Source: an uncultured Methanosarcinales archaeon (lineage in GTDB: Archaea > Nanobdellota > Nanobdellia > Woesearchaeales > SM23-78). Taken from it: a DNA stretch of 64,000 bases. The stretch spans positions 3,887 to 67,886 of the forward strand of contig CAYGYA010000049.1 in assembly GCA_964354085.1 (NCBI GenBank). Direction: 5' to 3'. The position numbers were made by a program, and so were the translations under genes. This document shows positions 37,548 to 47,140 of this stretch, piece by piece. How positions within the stretch are numbered: position 1 is the first letter of the stretch; each line of letters opens with the position of its first letter. The notes beneath the pieces are model-generated. The model searched no databases, was not told the origin of the DNA, and saw nothing but the letters and a program-made list of their open reading frames with translations.

Positions 37548-38732
37548 CTATCTCCCTCTCAGGTAAAGCTTCTTTATTGTTTCCTTGCTGGCATACTTTG
37601 CCATTTCCTTCATCTTTTCAAAGTCTATCTGGCCGCCTTCAAATGCTTTTTCCAGCTTGTACTTGTCAAGGCTGCTGAACTCCTCCCACAAGCCTTGTTT
37701 TTTCAAGAGAGCAACAAGCTCATTATAATTAGGGTTTTCGCGAGCAGGAAATTTCAGGCATTCTTTTTTCCATAAAGTGACCATGGCGTCTGAGCCATAT
37801 ATTCTCTCGACTTTTTTCTGCTCTCCGAAATTAAAAATATTATCCTTCAGCTCCTCAAGCCTCTTTTGCACTTCACCTTCCTTTGCCTTTAGTATTGCAT
37901 ACTCATTAACCATTTTTACCCCATCATCTGCAAGGAACTCCTTAGGCTCCTTACCATCAATTTCTGTGAGATGGCTGAACTTAGGGCATATTGTCCTGTA
38001 ATCGCACCAACCGCACAAAGCACTTTCTTGAGGCTTGAATTCTGTGGTGCTCTCAATCTGCTTTATTGCTTCAATAACTTCTTTTTTCAGCTCTCCAAGC
38101 TGTTCCTCACTTCTCTCGCTCCTGATTTCCTTGTCAAAAGCAAGATAATGCCATATCAGAACCACCTGCTTACAGTCCTTGAACATCTCCCTAACTGCCA
38201 TTGAGTAAAGCGCGAGCTGCCTGTCAGTATCAACATGGTCCTGGGTTGGCAAAGAGTTGCTTGTCTTGTAGTCATGAATCTCATAAACTCCGTCGCCAGG
38301 AGAGGCTAGCCTGTCAACATATCCTTGAAGAACATATTTCCCACTACTATCCAGATTAAGAATGATTTGCATCTCCAAGCCAATGGTCTTTGCCTGATTA
38401 AATGGCTGGTACCTATTATAATAATCAGCTATGAACTGCTCTCCCATCTTCCTGAAGTTTTCCTCTACATAACCGTCTCTAACAATCTTTATGTTCTCAT
38501 TCCAGCTCTTAAGCCATTCGTCGTTATAGAAATGAAGCAGCTCCTGTAGGGTGTTCTGTTTCTGGAATTTAAGGTCTTTGTAAAGCTTTTCCAGGGTTTC
38601 GTGCACTCTTGAGCCCAGGAAGGCTTCTGCAGTTGCCTCAATGTCTGTCTCTGCCTCGTCAATGTACTCAAACTTGAACTTGAGAGGGCACTGCTCAAAA
38701 GTCGATATTCTTGAGTGTGAGTAAACAGTCAT
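37548..38732 (-). CDS. PD-(D/E)XK nuclease with 4Fe-4S cysteines (Cas4/RecB-family exonuclease-like) plus ~130-aa C-terminal extension
   Basis: N-terminal SHSRISTFEQCPLKFKFEY (first Cys). YEIHDYKTS contains the D/E-x-K core. C-terminal CGWCDYRTICP is C-x2-C-x5-C, as in Cas4/AddB. No CRISPR or other cas gene in the window. Confidence 0.6.
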   Translation of the reverse strand: MTVYSHSRISTFEQCPLKFKFEYIDEAETDIEATAEAFLGSRVHETLEKLYKDLKFQKQNTLQELLHFYNDEWLKSWNENIKIVRDGYVEENFRKMGEQFIADYYNRYQPFNQAKTIGLEMQIILNLDSSGKYVLQGYVDRLASPGDGVYEIHDYKTSNSLPTQDHVDTDRQLALYSMAVREMFKDCKQVVLIWHYLAFDKEIRSERSEEQLGELKKEVIEAIKQIESTTEFKPQESALCGWCDYRTICPKFSHLTEIDGKEPKEFLADDGVKMVNEYAILKAKEGEVQKRLEELKDNIFNFGEQKKVERIYGSDAMVTLWKKECLKFPARENPNYNELVALLKKQGLWEEFSSLDKYKLEKAFEGGQIDFEKMKEMAKYASKETIKKLYLRGR

Positions 38733-38863
38733 ATCATCTGCGAAGATGCTTGCTTATTTAAAGCTTTTTCATATGATTAATAAAAAAAAACCATTTAGAG
38801 TAAAATATATAAACAAGGGCAACGTATATAAAAAAAAGGACTTATTTATTTTGAGGTTGAAGA

Positions 38864-39139
38864 ATGCGAGCAGTTTATGTTATATTTACATTATTGGCAT
38901 TGTCAGCACTGGCCTTATTAGCTTCTGGCTGCGGCAAAGGCCAGCTAAGCGCTACCTGTATGCCGACTGTGAGCACTTCTCCTGAAGCGCCTGCTCATTC
39001 ACACACCTGGTGTGTTGGAGCGGTCTATACCAAAGAATACTGCAATATTCAAAAAGAGTGCCATAATCATAAAATAAATGAGAACCAGAATCTTGCAGAA
39101 GCAGCAGGAATTGGCCCTCATACTCACAAATTGACGTAA
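38864..39139 (+). CDS. small secreted His/Cys-rich lipoprotein-like protein
   Basis: Signal peptide with lipobox-like LLASGCG, then Cys and His clusters (HSHTWC, CHNHK, HTHK) suggesting metal binding. Confidence 0.3.
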   Translation: MRAVYVIFTLLALSALALLASGCGKGQLSATCMPTVSTSPEAPAHSHTWCVGAVYTKEYCNIQKECHNHKINENQNLAEAAGIGPHTHKLT

Positions 39140-39237
39140 AGCAATGTTGGTTATTTCTCTAATTTATTATAAATTGCTATAAACATATCCGGATTATAAA
39201 AAATTTTATAAACTCTGTTCTCTGTTAAGAGCATATT

Positions 39238-40221
39238 ATGTATGATGTAATAACTATAGGCAGCAATACCATTGACTTGTTCGTCCACACAGACCAGTCA
39301 GGAGTGATAGATTTTCATTCCAGAAGAGGAGTAGAGCAATTCCTATCCTACCCTGTCGGCACAAAGATGCTTATTACCAAGCTCTTGCACAACTTTGGAG
39401 GAAATGGAACCAACTCTGCTGTTGCTTTTTCAAGACTTGGGTTAAAAACAGGCTATGTTGGGAAAGTAGGCACAGATGAGAACGGAAGAATAATACTCAA
39501 CCAGTTAAAAAAGGAGAAGATTGACTTTCTAGGGGGCAGGGGCTATGAATCAGGGTTCTCAATAATCCTTGACGCATTTGAAGAGGACAGGACCATCCTT
39601 GTTTATAAGGGATGCAATAATGACCTTAAATTAAAAGAGGTTAAAAAAGCAAAGCTCAAAACAAAATGGCTTTACCTCTCATCAATGCTTGGAGAAAGCC
39701 TTAATACTATGCAGCAAATAGCTGAATATGCAAAGAAGAACAAGGTTAAAATCGCTTTTAACCCGTCAATAACCATACTTGAGAGCGAAGGCCATAAAGC
39801 TATTAATCTTATAAGGTACTCTGACGTGCTGGTGCTTAACAAGGAAGAGGCAGAATCCCTGGTTGGGCATAATGCCCCAGAAATGGCTATCAAAGAGTTA
39901 TTGGTCTACGGCCCAAAGATAGTAGCAATAACAGATGGAAAGCACGGAGCAGTTGCTTACAAGGACGGCTATTATTACAAGATAATGCCTAGCAAGGGCT
40001 TGAAGATTGTTGAGACCACAGGAGCAGGAGATGCTTTTGCATCAACACTAATAGCTGGCATAATACTTGGCAAGCCTTTTAAATTCTGCCTAAAGATGGC
40101 TATTAATAATTCTGAAAGCGTAATTACGCATCACGGAGCCCAGAACATGCTTCTCCCAAGGAAAAAGCTCTATGAAACTGTGAGCAAAGACAAGGGGAAA
40201 GTTGAGAAGAGAAAAGCCTAG
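39238..40221 (+). CDS. PfkB-family carbohydrate/nucleoside kinase
   Basis: N-terminal GG motif (GGNGTNSAVAFSRLG) and C-terminal anion-hole motif TTGAGDAFASTLIAG. Confidence 0.8.
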   Translation: MYDVITIGSNTIDLFVHTDQSGVIDFHSRRGVEQFLSYPVGTKMLITKLLHNFGGNGTNSAVAFSRLGLKTGYVGKVGTDENGRIILNQLKKEKIDFLGGRGYESGFSIILDAFEEDRTILVYKGCNNDLKLKEVKKAKLKTKWLYLSSMLGESLNTMQQIAEYAKKNKVKIAFNPSITILESEGHKAINLIRYSDVLVLNKEEAESLVGHNAPEMAIKELLVYGPKIVAITDGKHGAVAYKDGYYYKIMPSKGLKIVETTGAGDAFASTLIAGIILGKPFKFCLKMAINNSESVITHHGAQNMLLPRKKLYETVSKDKGKVEKRKA

Positions 40222-40323
40222 ATGTCCCTATTTTCTACGAATAATTTAAATACTAGAAATACCCTATCTTAGGTAATTCATAAGGGTTGAATAGGTAAAA
40301 TATCGTATTAGGGATGGGTTATA

Positions 40324-41712
40324 ATGAGATATATTATTACGCTCAACAATGTGAACCAGTATGGGTTGGAAATGGTTGGTTTCAGGGCAATAGACCTTGC
40401 TAACCTAAGGGAGAAAAGACTTAACATCCCTTTGACTTTTGTTATTAACAACCAGGCTTTTGAGGATTTTATTGCAGAGAATGGCTTAAAGCCAAAAATT
40501 GAGAGCCTTCTCAAGGAGAAAAAGCCAGCAGAAGCTTATCCTGAGATTCTTGAAATGTTCAAACAGGCAGACCTTCCTGGCGAAGTATTGACTGAGATTT
40601 CTGAAGGTTATGATTCCCTGACCATTGAGCCTGGCTCAGATGCCAGCAGCATTGTATCAAAATGGGACTTGCCGTTTGTAAATCTTTTTAGAAGCCCCTC
40701 TTACTTGTTAGCCACAGAAGATAATGAAGGGATAATCCAGAATATAAAAGGGATAGAGGCATTGGCTGCTTCCCTGAAGCATGTCTGGGCTTCTATGTAT
40801 TCCCCTCGCTCTGTTAATTACAGGAGCAAGACAGGCATTAAGAGCGCCTTTGGATTAGGAGTGCTTGTCCAGAAGATGAGACCAGTAAAACAGTCAGCAA
40901 TAGTATACTCTCGCTCTGATGCAGATGAGAAAACCCTTGTTGTGAAAAGCTTTTTTGGCCTGCCTGATTATGGCATTGATAAAGAGATTCTTGGCAAGGA
41001 CTATTATGAAGTAGACCTTAATTCCCTCATGATCAAACAGGCAGAGGTTAATGTGCAGGAGTATGCTATCCAGAGGGATTTTGACACCGAAGAGCTTGCA
41101 GAGAAAGAGCTGAGAGATGATGGTGCAAAGCAGAAAATCAATGACAGGCTGGTGTCAGAGGTTGCCAGGATTACCAAGAGAGCTAAGAGCTTCATAGAAA
41201 AAGATGTTAAACTATACTTCGGAATAAAAGATGATTATATCTTTGTCCTATTGGCCAACAGGATGGTTGCTGGCTCAAAAAATATACTTGAATCTGTAGA
41301 GGAAATAGAAGTGAAGTTTGATGAGAATGGCAAGAAGATAATCAGCCAGAAAAAAGACTTTGTCGCAATGCAGACACAGCCAACACAGGTATTTGCAATG
41401 CCTAAGATTCTTAGCGTGGATGAAGCCAAGGAAGAGCTGTTCAAAGAGGGAAAAATAGAAATCCTTGAGGAAGCCGAAGATGAAACAAAAGAGAAGCTCA
41501 GCCTTCCAGTGCCTCCAGTCCAGGTTTTTGAGGAGAAAACTGCTCAGGAAGAGCAAGTAGACAAAGAGATTAGCCTTTTAGAGGAAGTGCTGCAGATAAA
41601 GGAAATTACTGAAAGAATGGAAGAGCACGCCCTGAACAACAACAAGGAAGCCTATGAAAGGGAAGCAAGGATTCTTAATGACAAGATAAGAAGAGTCAAG
41701 AGAGGAGAATAG
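40324..41712 (+). CDS. stand-alone PEP-utilising-enzyme N-terminal (PPDK_N-like) nucleotide-binding domain protein with acidic coiled-coil tail
   Basis: LEMVGFRAIDLANLREKRLNIPLTFVI and SMYSPRSVNYRSKTGI...GLGVLVQKM resemble the ATP-grasp-like N-domain of PEP synthase/pyruvate phosphate dikinase. No phosphohistidine or PEP-binding domains follow. Confidence 0.45.
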   Translation: MRYIITLNNVNQYGLEMVGFRAIDLANLREKRLNIPLTFVINNQAFEDFIAENGLKPKIESLLKEKKPAEAYPEILEMFKQADLPGEVLTEISEGYDSLTIEPGSDASSIVSKWDLPFVNLFRSPSYLLATEDNEGIIQNIKGIEALAASLKHVWASMYSPRSVNYRSKTGIKSAFGLGVLVQKMRPVKQSAIVYSRSDADEKTLVVKSFFGLPDYGIDKEILGKDYYEVDLNSLMIKQAEVNVQEYAIQRDFDTEELAEKELRDDGAKQKINDRLVSEVARITKRAKSFIEKDVKLYFGIKDDYIFVLLANRMVAGSKNILESVEEIEVKFDENGKKIISQKKDFVAMQTQPTQVFAMPKILSVDEAKEELFKEGKIEILEEAEDETKEKLSLPVPPVQVFEEKTAQEEQVDKEISLLEEVLQIKEITERMEEHALNNNKEAYEREARILNDKIRRVKRGE

Positions 41713-41793
41713 TTATTTTCTTCTATTGGCAATTAATTTTTTTGAGTGTTTTTCTAAACCTTTAAAAAAAGAAAGGGTTTCTTGTGCGATATT

Positions 41794-42756
41794 ATGAACA
41801 AGAAAGCAAAAAAGTGCATGAAGTGCGGAAAAAAGGTTTATTGCTCAAATCTATGCAGAGACCATTTCAGGAATTATTTTGAGAAAAAAGTAATCCGCAC
41901 CATACTGAAGTTTGGCCTGTTCTCAAAAAAAGACAAGATAGCTGTGGCTGTTAGCGGCGGAAAGGATTCAACAGTCTGCCTTTATGTGCTAAAAAAGCTT
42001 GGCTATCCTGTCGAGGCTATTACTGTTGATGCTGTTATTGGCAATTACACCAAGACTAACCTTGAAAACCTGAGAAGCGTGTGCAAGAAGTACAACCTCA
42101 AGCTTCACGAGATTTCTTTTCGAGAAGAATTTGGCATGTCTCTCTGCTACATAAAGTCAGTTAGCCAGAGCAAAGGGCTTAATTATTCTTCATGCCTGAT
42201 ATGCGGGGTTCTGCGAAGATACCTGCTTAACAAATATGCAAAAAAGCATGGCTTTGACTGCATATGCACAGGCCATAATCTTGATGATGAAGCCCAGGCT
42301 TTTGTGATGAATGTTTTCAGGAATGACTTAACCCTTGCCAAGAGGCAGGGCCCAATAACAGGAACAGGAGCTAACAAGGCTTTTGTCAAGAGAGCAAAGC
42401 CTCTTTACCTGTGCACTGAAAAAGAAACAACTGCCTATTCCAAGCTCATGAAATTCCCTGTTAATTATAAGAGGTGCCCTTGCAGCGAAGGAGCTTATAG
42501 GAGAGAATACCGTGACATGCTGAACATTTTTGAAAAAAGGCATCCGCCTATAAAGTATAATATTATCAGCTTTTTCTTGAGAACAATTTATAAGATGAAG
42601 GATTTGGATGAGAAAGCAAAGCAAGAGCAAGGAGATATTAATGCCTGCCAGTATTGCGGAGAGCCTTGCTCCAAGGATGTGTGCAAAAGGTGCGAAATCC
42701 TCATTGCATTAAAAGAGGGCAAAAAGCAAGAACCAATAACCAAAACAAATAAATAG
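41794..42756 (+). CDS. TtuA/NcsA/TtcA-family tRNA thiolation PP-loop ATPase with N- and C-terminal zinc fingers
   Basis: N-terminal CMKCGKKVYCSNLC finger, PP-loop VAVSGGKDS, central CLICG and CPC cysteines, C-terminal CQYCGEPCSKDVCKRC finger. Confidence 0.75.
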   Translation: MNKKAKKCMKCGKKVYCSNLCRDHFRNYFEKKVIRTILKFGLFSKKDKIAVAVSGGKDSTVCLYVLKKLGYPVEAITVDAVIGNYTKTNLENLRSVCKKYNLKLHEISFREEFGMSLCYIKSVSQSKGLNYSSCLICGVLRRYLLNKYAKKHGFDCICTGHNLDDEAQAFVMNVFRNDLTLAKRQGPITGTGANKAFVKRAKPLYLCTEKETTAYSKLMKFPVNYKRCPCSEGAYRREYRDMLNIFEKRHPPIKYNIISFFLRTIYKMKDLDEKAKQEQGDINACQYCGEPCSKDVCKRCEILIALKEGKKQEPITKTNK

Positions 42757-42778
42757 TAGAACCCTCATTTCATGCTTT

Positions 42779-43336
42779 ATGATATTCACTTTCCTCCTCG
42801 TATTGCTTGGAATTTTCTTTCTATGCTATGCATTATTTCTGTGCAGAAAGATGATTCTTGTATATGAAAAGCCAATTCATAAAAGAGCAGGCCGAATCAT
42901 GTTATCATTGATAGTCATTTTCTTTGTTGGCTATGTGATGTACATGCTATACAATTACGAGGCATTATTCACTGACTTTCTTGTAAGCCTGCTTTTGTTT
43001 TTAACAGCTTTTTTCATCATGCTGGTGCTCCATGTCAATCACTCTCTTATAGTCCGCCTTACCATGAAGAACCTTGAGCTGAAAGAGTTCAGCGAGCAGC
43101 TATTAATGCAGGCACAATCTGAAGCCTCAAACAAGGAGCGCCTGGAAAACATTAAGAGCATGCTCGAGGACAAGAGCAAAGAGGTGGAAGGAACCCTCAA
43201 CAAAGTCCCATCTTCCCAGCTAGAGCTTGCCAAGAACACTGCAATTGCAGAAGCCAAAAAGGCAGAAAAAGTAGAAGAAACAGAAGCTCATGAAAATACA
43301 CGTAAGCCAGAGTTACCTAGTTTTGATGAACCATAA
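42779..43336 (+). CDS. hypothetical membrane protein with C-terminal coiled coil
   Basis: Three hydrophobic helices, then a charged helical tail. Confidence 0.35.
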   Translation: MIFTFLLVLLGIFFLCYALFLCRKMILVYEKPIHKRAGRIMLSLIVIFFVGYVMYMLYNYEALFTDFLVSLLLFLTAFFIMLVLHVNHSLIVRLTMKNLELKEFSEQLLMQAQSEASNKERLENIKSMLEDKSKEVEGTLNKVPSSQLELAKNTAIAEAKKAEKVEETEAHENTRKPELPSFDEP

Positions 43337-43422
43337 GCCAATTTTCTAATAAGTGTTTTAATTCTTTTCCCTATTGACAATAATCACAACATTTAAAAAA
43401 CATAACCACCAATCCTTTTATT

Positions 43423-43764
43423 GTGATGAAAAAGAGAGGTAGACCAATCGGCAGCAGCATTCGGCAAAACCTGATTGAGATCCTCTATTTCAGGAAAAAA
43501 ACCTATGGCTATGACCTGTACAAGGATTATTGCGCATTGTTCCCAGAAGTAACTCTCAGGGTAATTTACTATCACTTGAAAAAAGGCATTAGCCTCAAGG
43601 AGTTTGAGCTTGAAGAAGTAAAGATGGAGAAAGGACACTACTCCTGGGGTGGAGAAGCTGAGAAAAAGTATTACAAGCTAGGAGCTAATGCTCATCCAAA
43701 GATTGACAAGAAAGTGAAAGATTTTTTTGAAAGAAGAGAGCTTAATAAAAAAAGAGGTAAATAA
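43423..43764 (+). CDS. small DNA-binding protein (AT-hook + winged helix-like)
   Basis: N-terminal KKRGRPIG AT-hook, followed by a wHTH-like helix-turn arrangement. Confidence 0.35.
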   Translation: MMKKRGRPIGSSIRQNLIEILYFRKKTYGYDLYKDYCALFPEVTLRVIYYHLKKGISLKEFELEEVKMEKGHYSWGGEAEKKYYKLGANAHPKIDKKVKDFFERRELNKKRGK

Positions 43765-43783
43765 TTATTAATTAATCTGGAAC

Positions 43784-44773
43784 ATGATAAGAACCTATCT
43801 GTGCAAAGAGCACAAAGTAATCAAGAACCTTCCTTTGGATAAGATAAAGGCATACCTCAAGGACAAGAAAGCTACGATCTGGGTTGATTTGCAGAAAGCC
43901 ACAGATGATGAATACAAGCAGCTTGAGGAAACATTTAAGTTCCACCCATTATCAATGGAAGATGCCAGGAAATCCATAGAGCTGCCTAAAGTAGAAGTTT
44001 TTGACGACTACATCTTCGTGGTGCTTTACAATTTTTCTCTTGAAAAAGAAAAAAATTATCCTGTAAAGAAAGAGGTTGATTTCTTTCTGGGAAAAAACTT
44101 CCTGGTGACAGTACATGAGCACTATTCTGAAAGTGTAGAGCACCTAGCCATAAGGCTTGAAAATACAAGGAATGGGAAATCCAAAACCGCTGACTTCCTC
44201 ATGCATGAGATTGTGGACCATCTGGTAGATCAGTACTTCCCGGTAGTTGTTCACTGGGAAGATTATATAGAGGAGCTTGAAGCTAATATCATAGCTCATA
44301 AGCTAATGAAGAACGCATTACAGGAGATAACCACCCTAAAAAAACACATCCTGTTCTTCAAGAGAAGCATTGCTCCTCAGAGAGAGGTTATTAACAGGCT
44401 TGCCAGGAGAGAATTCCCTTTTATACATGAACTATCAGGCATATACTTCAGGGATGTTTATGACCACATTATAAGGGTTTATACAGAGCTTGAAATCCAA
44501 AGAGACTTGATAAACAATGCTTTTGAGGCTTACATGTCTGTGCTGACCATACAGATGACTAGGGCTTCCAATAGGATGAACGAGGTCATGAAAAAACTAA
44601 CAATAATAGCAACCATATTCATGCCCTTAACATTCCTTGCGGGAGTTTACGGAATGAACTTCCATTATTTCCCAGAAATAACCTGGAAATACGGCTACCT
44701 TCTGTGGTGGGTTGCAGCAATCATTGTAGGGGTATTAATGTTCTGGTTCTTTAAGAAAAAGAAATGGACATAA
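43784..44773 (+). CDS. corA: CorA-family Mg2+/Co2+ transporter
   Basis: Two C-terminal TM helices with the YGMNF signature (LAGVYGMNFHYFPE). 329 aa. Confidence 0.85.
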   Translation: MIRTYLCKEHKVIKNLPLDKIKAYLKDKKATIWVDLQKATDDEYKQLEETFKFHPLSMEDARKSIELPKVEVFDDYIFVVLYNFSLEKEKNYPVKKEVDFFLGKNFLVTVHEHYSESVEHLAIRLENTRNGKSKTADFLMHEIVDHLVDQYFPVVVHWEDYIEELEANIIAHKLMKNALQEITTLKKHILFFKRSIAPQREVINRLARREFPFIHELSGIYFRDVYDHIIRVYTELEIQRDLINNAFEAYMSVLTIQMTRASNRMNEVMKKLTIIATIFMPLTFLAGVYGMNFHYFPEITWKYGYLLWWVAAIIVGVLMFWFFKKKKWT

Positions 44774-44783
44774 AGCACTTGGA

Positions 44784-45470
44784 CTAATTTATCTTCTTCA
44801 AAAAACCCATCAGAGCAAACGCTTCGCGTTTCGTCATGAAAGATTTACTAATCATCCTCTTCCAGACTTTCATCTGGGTTTCTTTCTTTTTTACAGTTGA
44901 GAAATCCATCTTTTCCATGGCAGCATTAAGGATCTTTAGTATCTGCTCTTTTTCCTTGCCACCAATTGGAGTGTAAGGAGCCATCATCTCTTTAGTATTT
45001 TTTTCCTTGAAAATCTCATAGAGAAGAACAGCCAGGGAATGGCTCACATTCAAGGCCTTGTAATTCCTGCTTGTTGGTATTGTGACCATAAAATCGCAGA
45101 GCTTGACTTCGTTGTTGCGCAGGCCCTGGCTTTCTCTTCCCAGTATCAGGGCTATTTTTTTATTTTTTATGCCTTTGAGCTTTTGCGCGAGCTGGCTTGG
45201 AGTCATTGGGCTTCTCGGGATATTATAATCAGTTCCGAGCTTTGAAGTCGTGCCAATCAGGTAATCGTATTTTCCTAATATGCTGAAGCCATTAATCTTT
45301 GCTTTATCAAGTATGGTGTTGGCGTTTTTTGCAAACCTTCGGGACTCGTCATTAATCTTGCACTTAGGATTAATCATAACAAGCTCGCTTATTCCAAAAT
45401 TAGCCATGACCCTTGCAACACTACCAACATTTCCAGGGTGCTCAGGCTCGACTAAAACAACAGCAATCAT
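44784..45470 (-). CDS. SpoU/TrmH-family (SPOUT) RNA 2'-O-methyltransferase
   Basis: MIAVVLVEPEHPGNVGSVARVMANFG, ALILGRESQGL, and the SPOUT knot region VTIPTSRNYKALNVSHSLAVLLYE. Confidence 0.7.
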   Translation of the reverse strand: MIAVVLVEPEHPGNVGSVARVMANFGISELVMINPKCKINDESRRFAKNANTILDKAKINGFSILGKYDYLIGTTSKLGTDYNIPRSPMTPSQLAQKLKGIKNKKIALILGRESQGLRNNEVKLCDFMVTIPTSRNYKALNVSHSLAVLLYEIFKEKNTKEMMAPYTPIGGKEKEQILKILNAAMEKMDFSTVKKKETQMKVWKRMISKSFMTKREAFALMGFLKKIN

Positions 45471-45529
45471 AAAACATAAGAATTTATAGGCGGTTTAAAA
45501 AGTTAATTGATTATACCATATTCACTGGT

Positions 45530-46720
45530 TTAAAAAAGAGAAATTATCTTGTTCCATATGTTCGTTAATATTGGGATTATGAATATCAATAGAAGGATGC
45601 CCAGGCTTAGCCTGTTGATGAAGAGCCATATCTTCTTGGACTTGACCTGGTTCTTTATTATTTTGTTCAGGGTTATCTGCAATATCCTGGCTCCGTCTGT
45701 TATGAATATGGGTAGGAAATTAATAAGCCCTATGTTAAATCCTATGAGGAAGAGCCAGAAAAAAAGCTCATTACCCCATCCAAGAACAGTGTATAATACC
45801 TTGTTTACCTGAGTAGGGTTTTTCAGAACTGATTTCTGGTAAACATTGATTCCGAATTGGCCAATGCTCTTGTTTGCAGGGTTTTCTCTTGCAGTAATTC
45901 TTAATTTTTTTCCATCATTTGTGTAAAAGACATGGGTTGTATTGGGCTGTATAACTCCGAGGCTTTTGAAATCATCAACAGTCTCTATTGAAACATTATC
46001 AATCTTAACTATTACATCATAATCTAGTAATCCACTCATGTTTGCAGGCAATCCAGGCGCCACAGTAACTTCTATTCCTCTTGGCATTAGCATTGAGCTT
46101 GTCAATGGTGTTAGCAGAAAACTTAATATTGCGAGGAAAAGAAAGCTTGTTATTATATTAGAGTTCGGGCCTGCTGCAAAAACACTCAGCTGCACGCGGG
46201 CTGGCTGTTTTGCAAGTTTTTTCTCATCAATCTCAACAAATGCCCCTGGTATTGGCCCAAAAAAAGCAAAACCAGTTGACTGTATCCTCTGCTTAAAAGC
46301 TTTGGCAACTATTCCGTGGCTGGCTTCATGGATTATTATTATGACTAACAAGCTAACCCAGCCAATAATCAGCGGGAATTTAATTCCAAGCCCTACAACA
46401 GGAACTCCTGGCAGTATTGGGGCAACTCTCATGACGGCAGGCGCTTTGAGGGTATTATATAGCAAGTCAAACAGGAAGTAGAATATGGCAAGAACTCCTA
46501 TATAGCCCAAAAAAATACCAATGACACCAAGAGTTCTTATGAGCTTTTCCTTGCTCTTAACAAATCTTTCAATGAACTTGACACCTATGCTGGTCCTGTA
46601 AAGAGCAATGACTTTTGCCTGAATATCAAACTTCTTCCTGTTAATATAAATAAGAAGGAAAACACATACATAGAACAATAACACCCACTTGTACTCTGTT
46701 AAAAAACTCACCAAAGTCAT
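45530..46720 (-). CDS. site-2 protease (M50-family intramembrane zinc metalloprotease) with PDZ domain
   Basis: HExxH in a TM helix (IIIIHEASHGIVA), a central PDZ-like region, and multiple TM helices. Confidence 0.7.
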   Translation of the reverse strand: MTLVSFLTEYKWVLLFYVCVFLLIYINRKKFDIQAKVIALYRTSIGVKFIERFVKSKEKLIRTLGVIGIFLGYIGVLAIFYFLFDLLYNTLKAPAVMRVAPILPGVPVVGLGIKFPLIIGWVSLLVIIIIHEASHGIVAKAFKQRIQSTGFAFFGPIPGAFVEIDEKKLAKQPARVQLSVFAAGPNSNIITSFLFLAILSFLLTPLTSSMLMPRGIEVTVAPGLPANMSGLLDYDVIVKIDNVSIETVDDFKSLGVIQPNTTHVFYTNDGKKLRITARENPANKSIGQFGINVYQKSVLKNPTQVNKVLYTVLGWGNELFFWLFLIGFNIGLINFLPIFITDGARILQITLNKIIKNQVKSKKIWLFINRLSLGILLLIFIIPILTNIWNKIISLF

Positions 46721-46767
46721 AATATATACCTAATTAAAGAATGCCTTTTTATTTGTTGTGGTTATTT

Positions 46768-46929
46768 TTACTTCTTCTTAATTGGCCTTAATACATTGTA
46801 GTTGCATTTCCTGCATTTAATTTTGCCAGCCATGACCTTGAGCACAGGTGCCCTTATCTTGGCCTTGCATCGCCTGCATACAAAAATGCTCTTGAAAAGC
46901 CTTCCTTCAGCTTCTGGGAATTTTGCCAT
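46768..46929 (-). CDS. rpl40e: 50S ribosomal protein L40e
   Basis: Hand translation of the minus strand gives [53 protein letters not shown] (53 aa). This matches the L40e consensus (MARFPEAEARIF...C.RC.A.N...A.KCRKCGY..LRPK). Absent from the ORF track because it is under 60 aa. Confidence 0.7.
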   Translation of the reverse strand: MAKFPEAEGRLFKSIFVCRRCKAKIRAPVLKVMAGKIKCRKCNYNVLRPIKKK

Positions 46930-47120
46930 CAAAAACACCTCATGTGTTTTTGAGGGGAAAACTCAAAAATCAGCAAATCTTGGATTTGCTGGTTCATCAA
47001 ACAAGAGTTTGATGAAATTTTTAATTTTTGTTGTTTTGCCATAATTTATCACCACAAAAATCATTATATTGTTTTTAGCCAGTCTTTATTTGTTGCAAAA
47101 ATTTTTATTTTTGGACAACC

Positions 47121-47140
47121 AAAACCGCTTAGGCGGTTTT
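47121..47140 (-). terminator. hairpin (8-bp stem AAAACCGC/GCGGUUUU) followed on the minus strand by a U-rich tract; candidate transcript terminator overlapping the aIF5A stop codon
   Basis: Perfect inverted repeat aaaaccgc-ttag-gcggtttt. The minus-strand RNA continues UUUUGGUUGUCC. Confidence 0.3.

Noticed and set aside
46802-47044. 80-aa plus-strand ORF
   Set aside because: It overlaps the antisense strand of the well-supported rpl40e gene, and the translation is low complexity.
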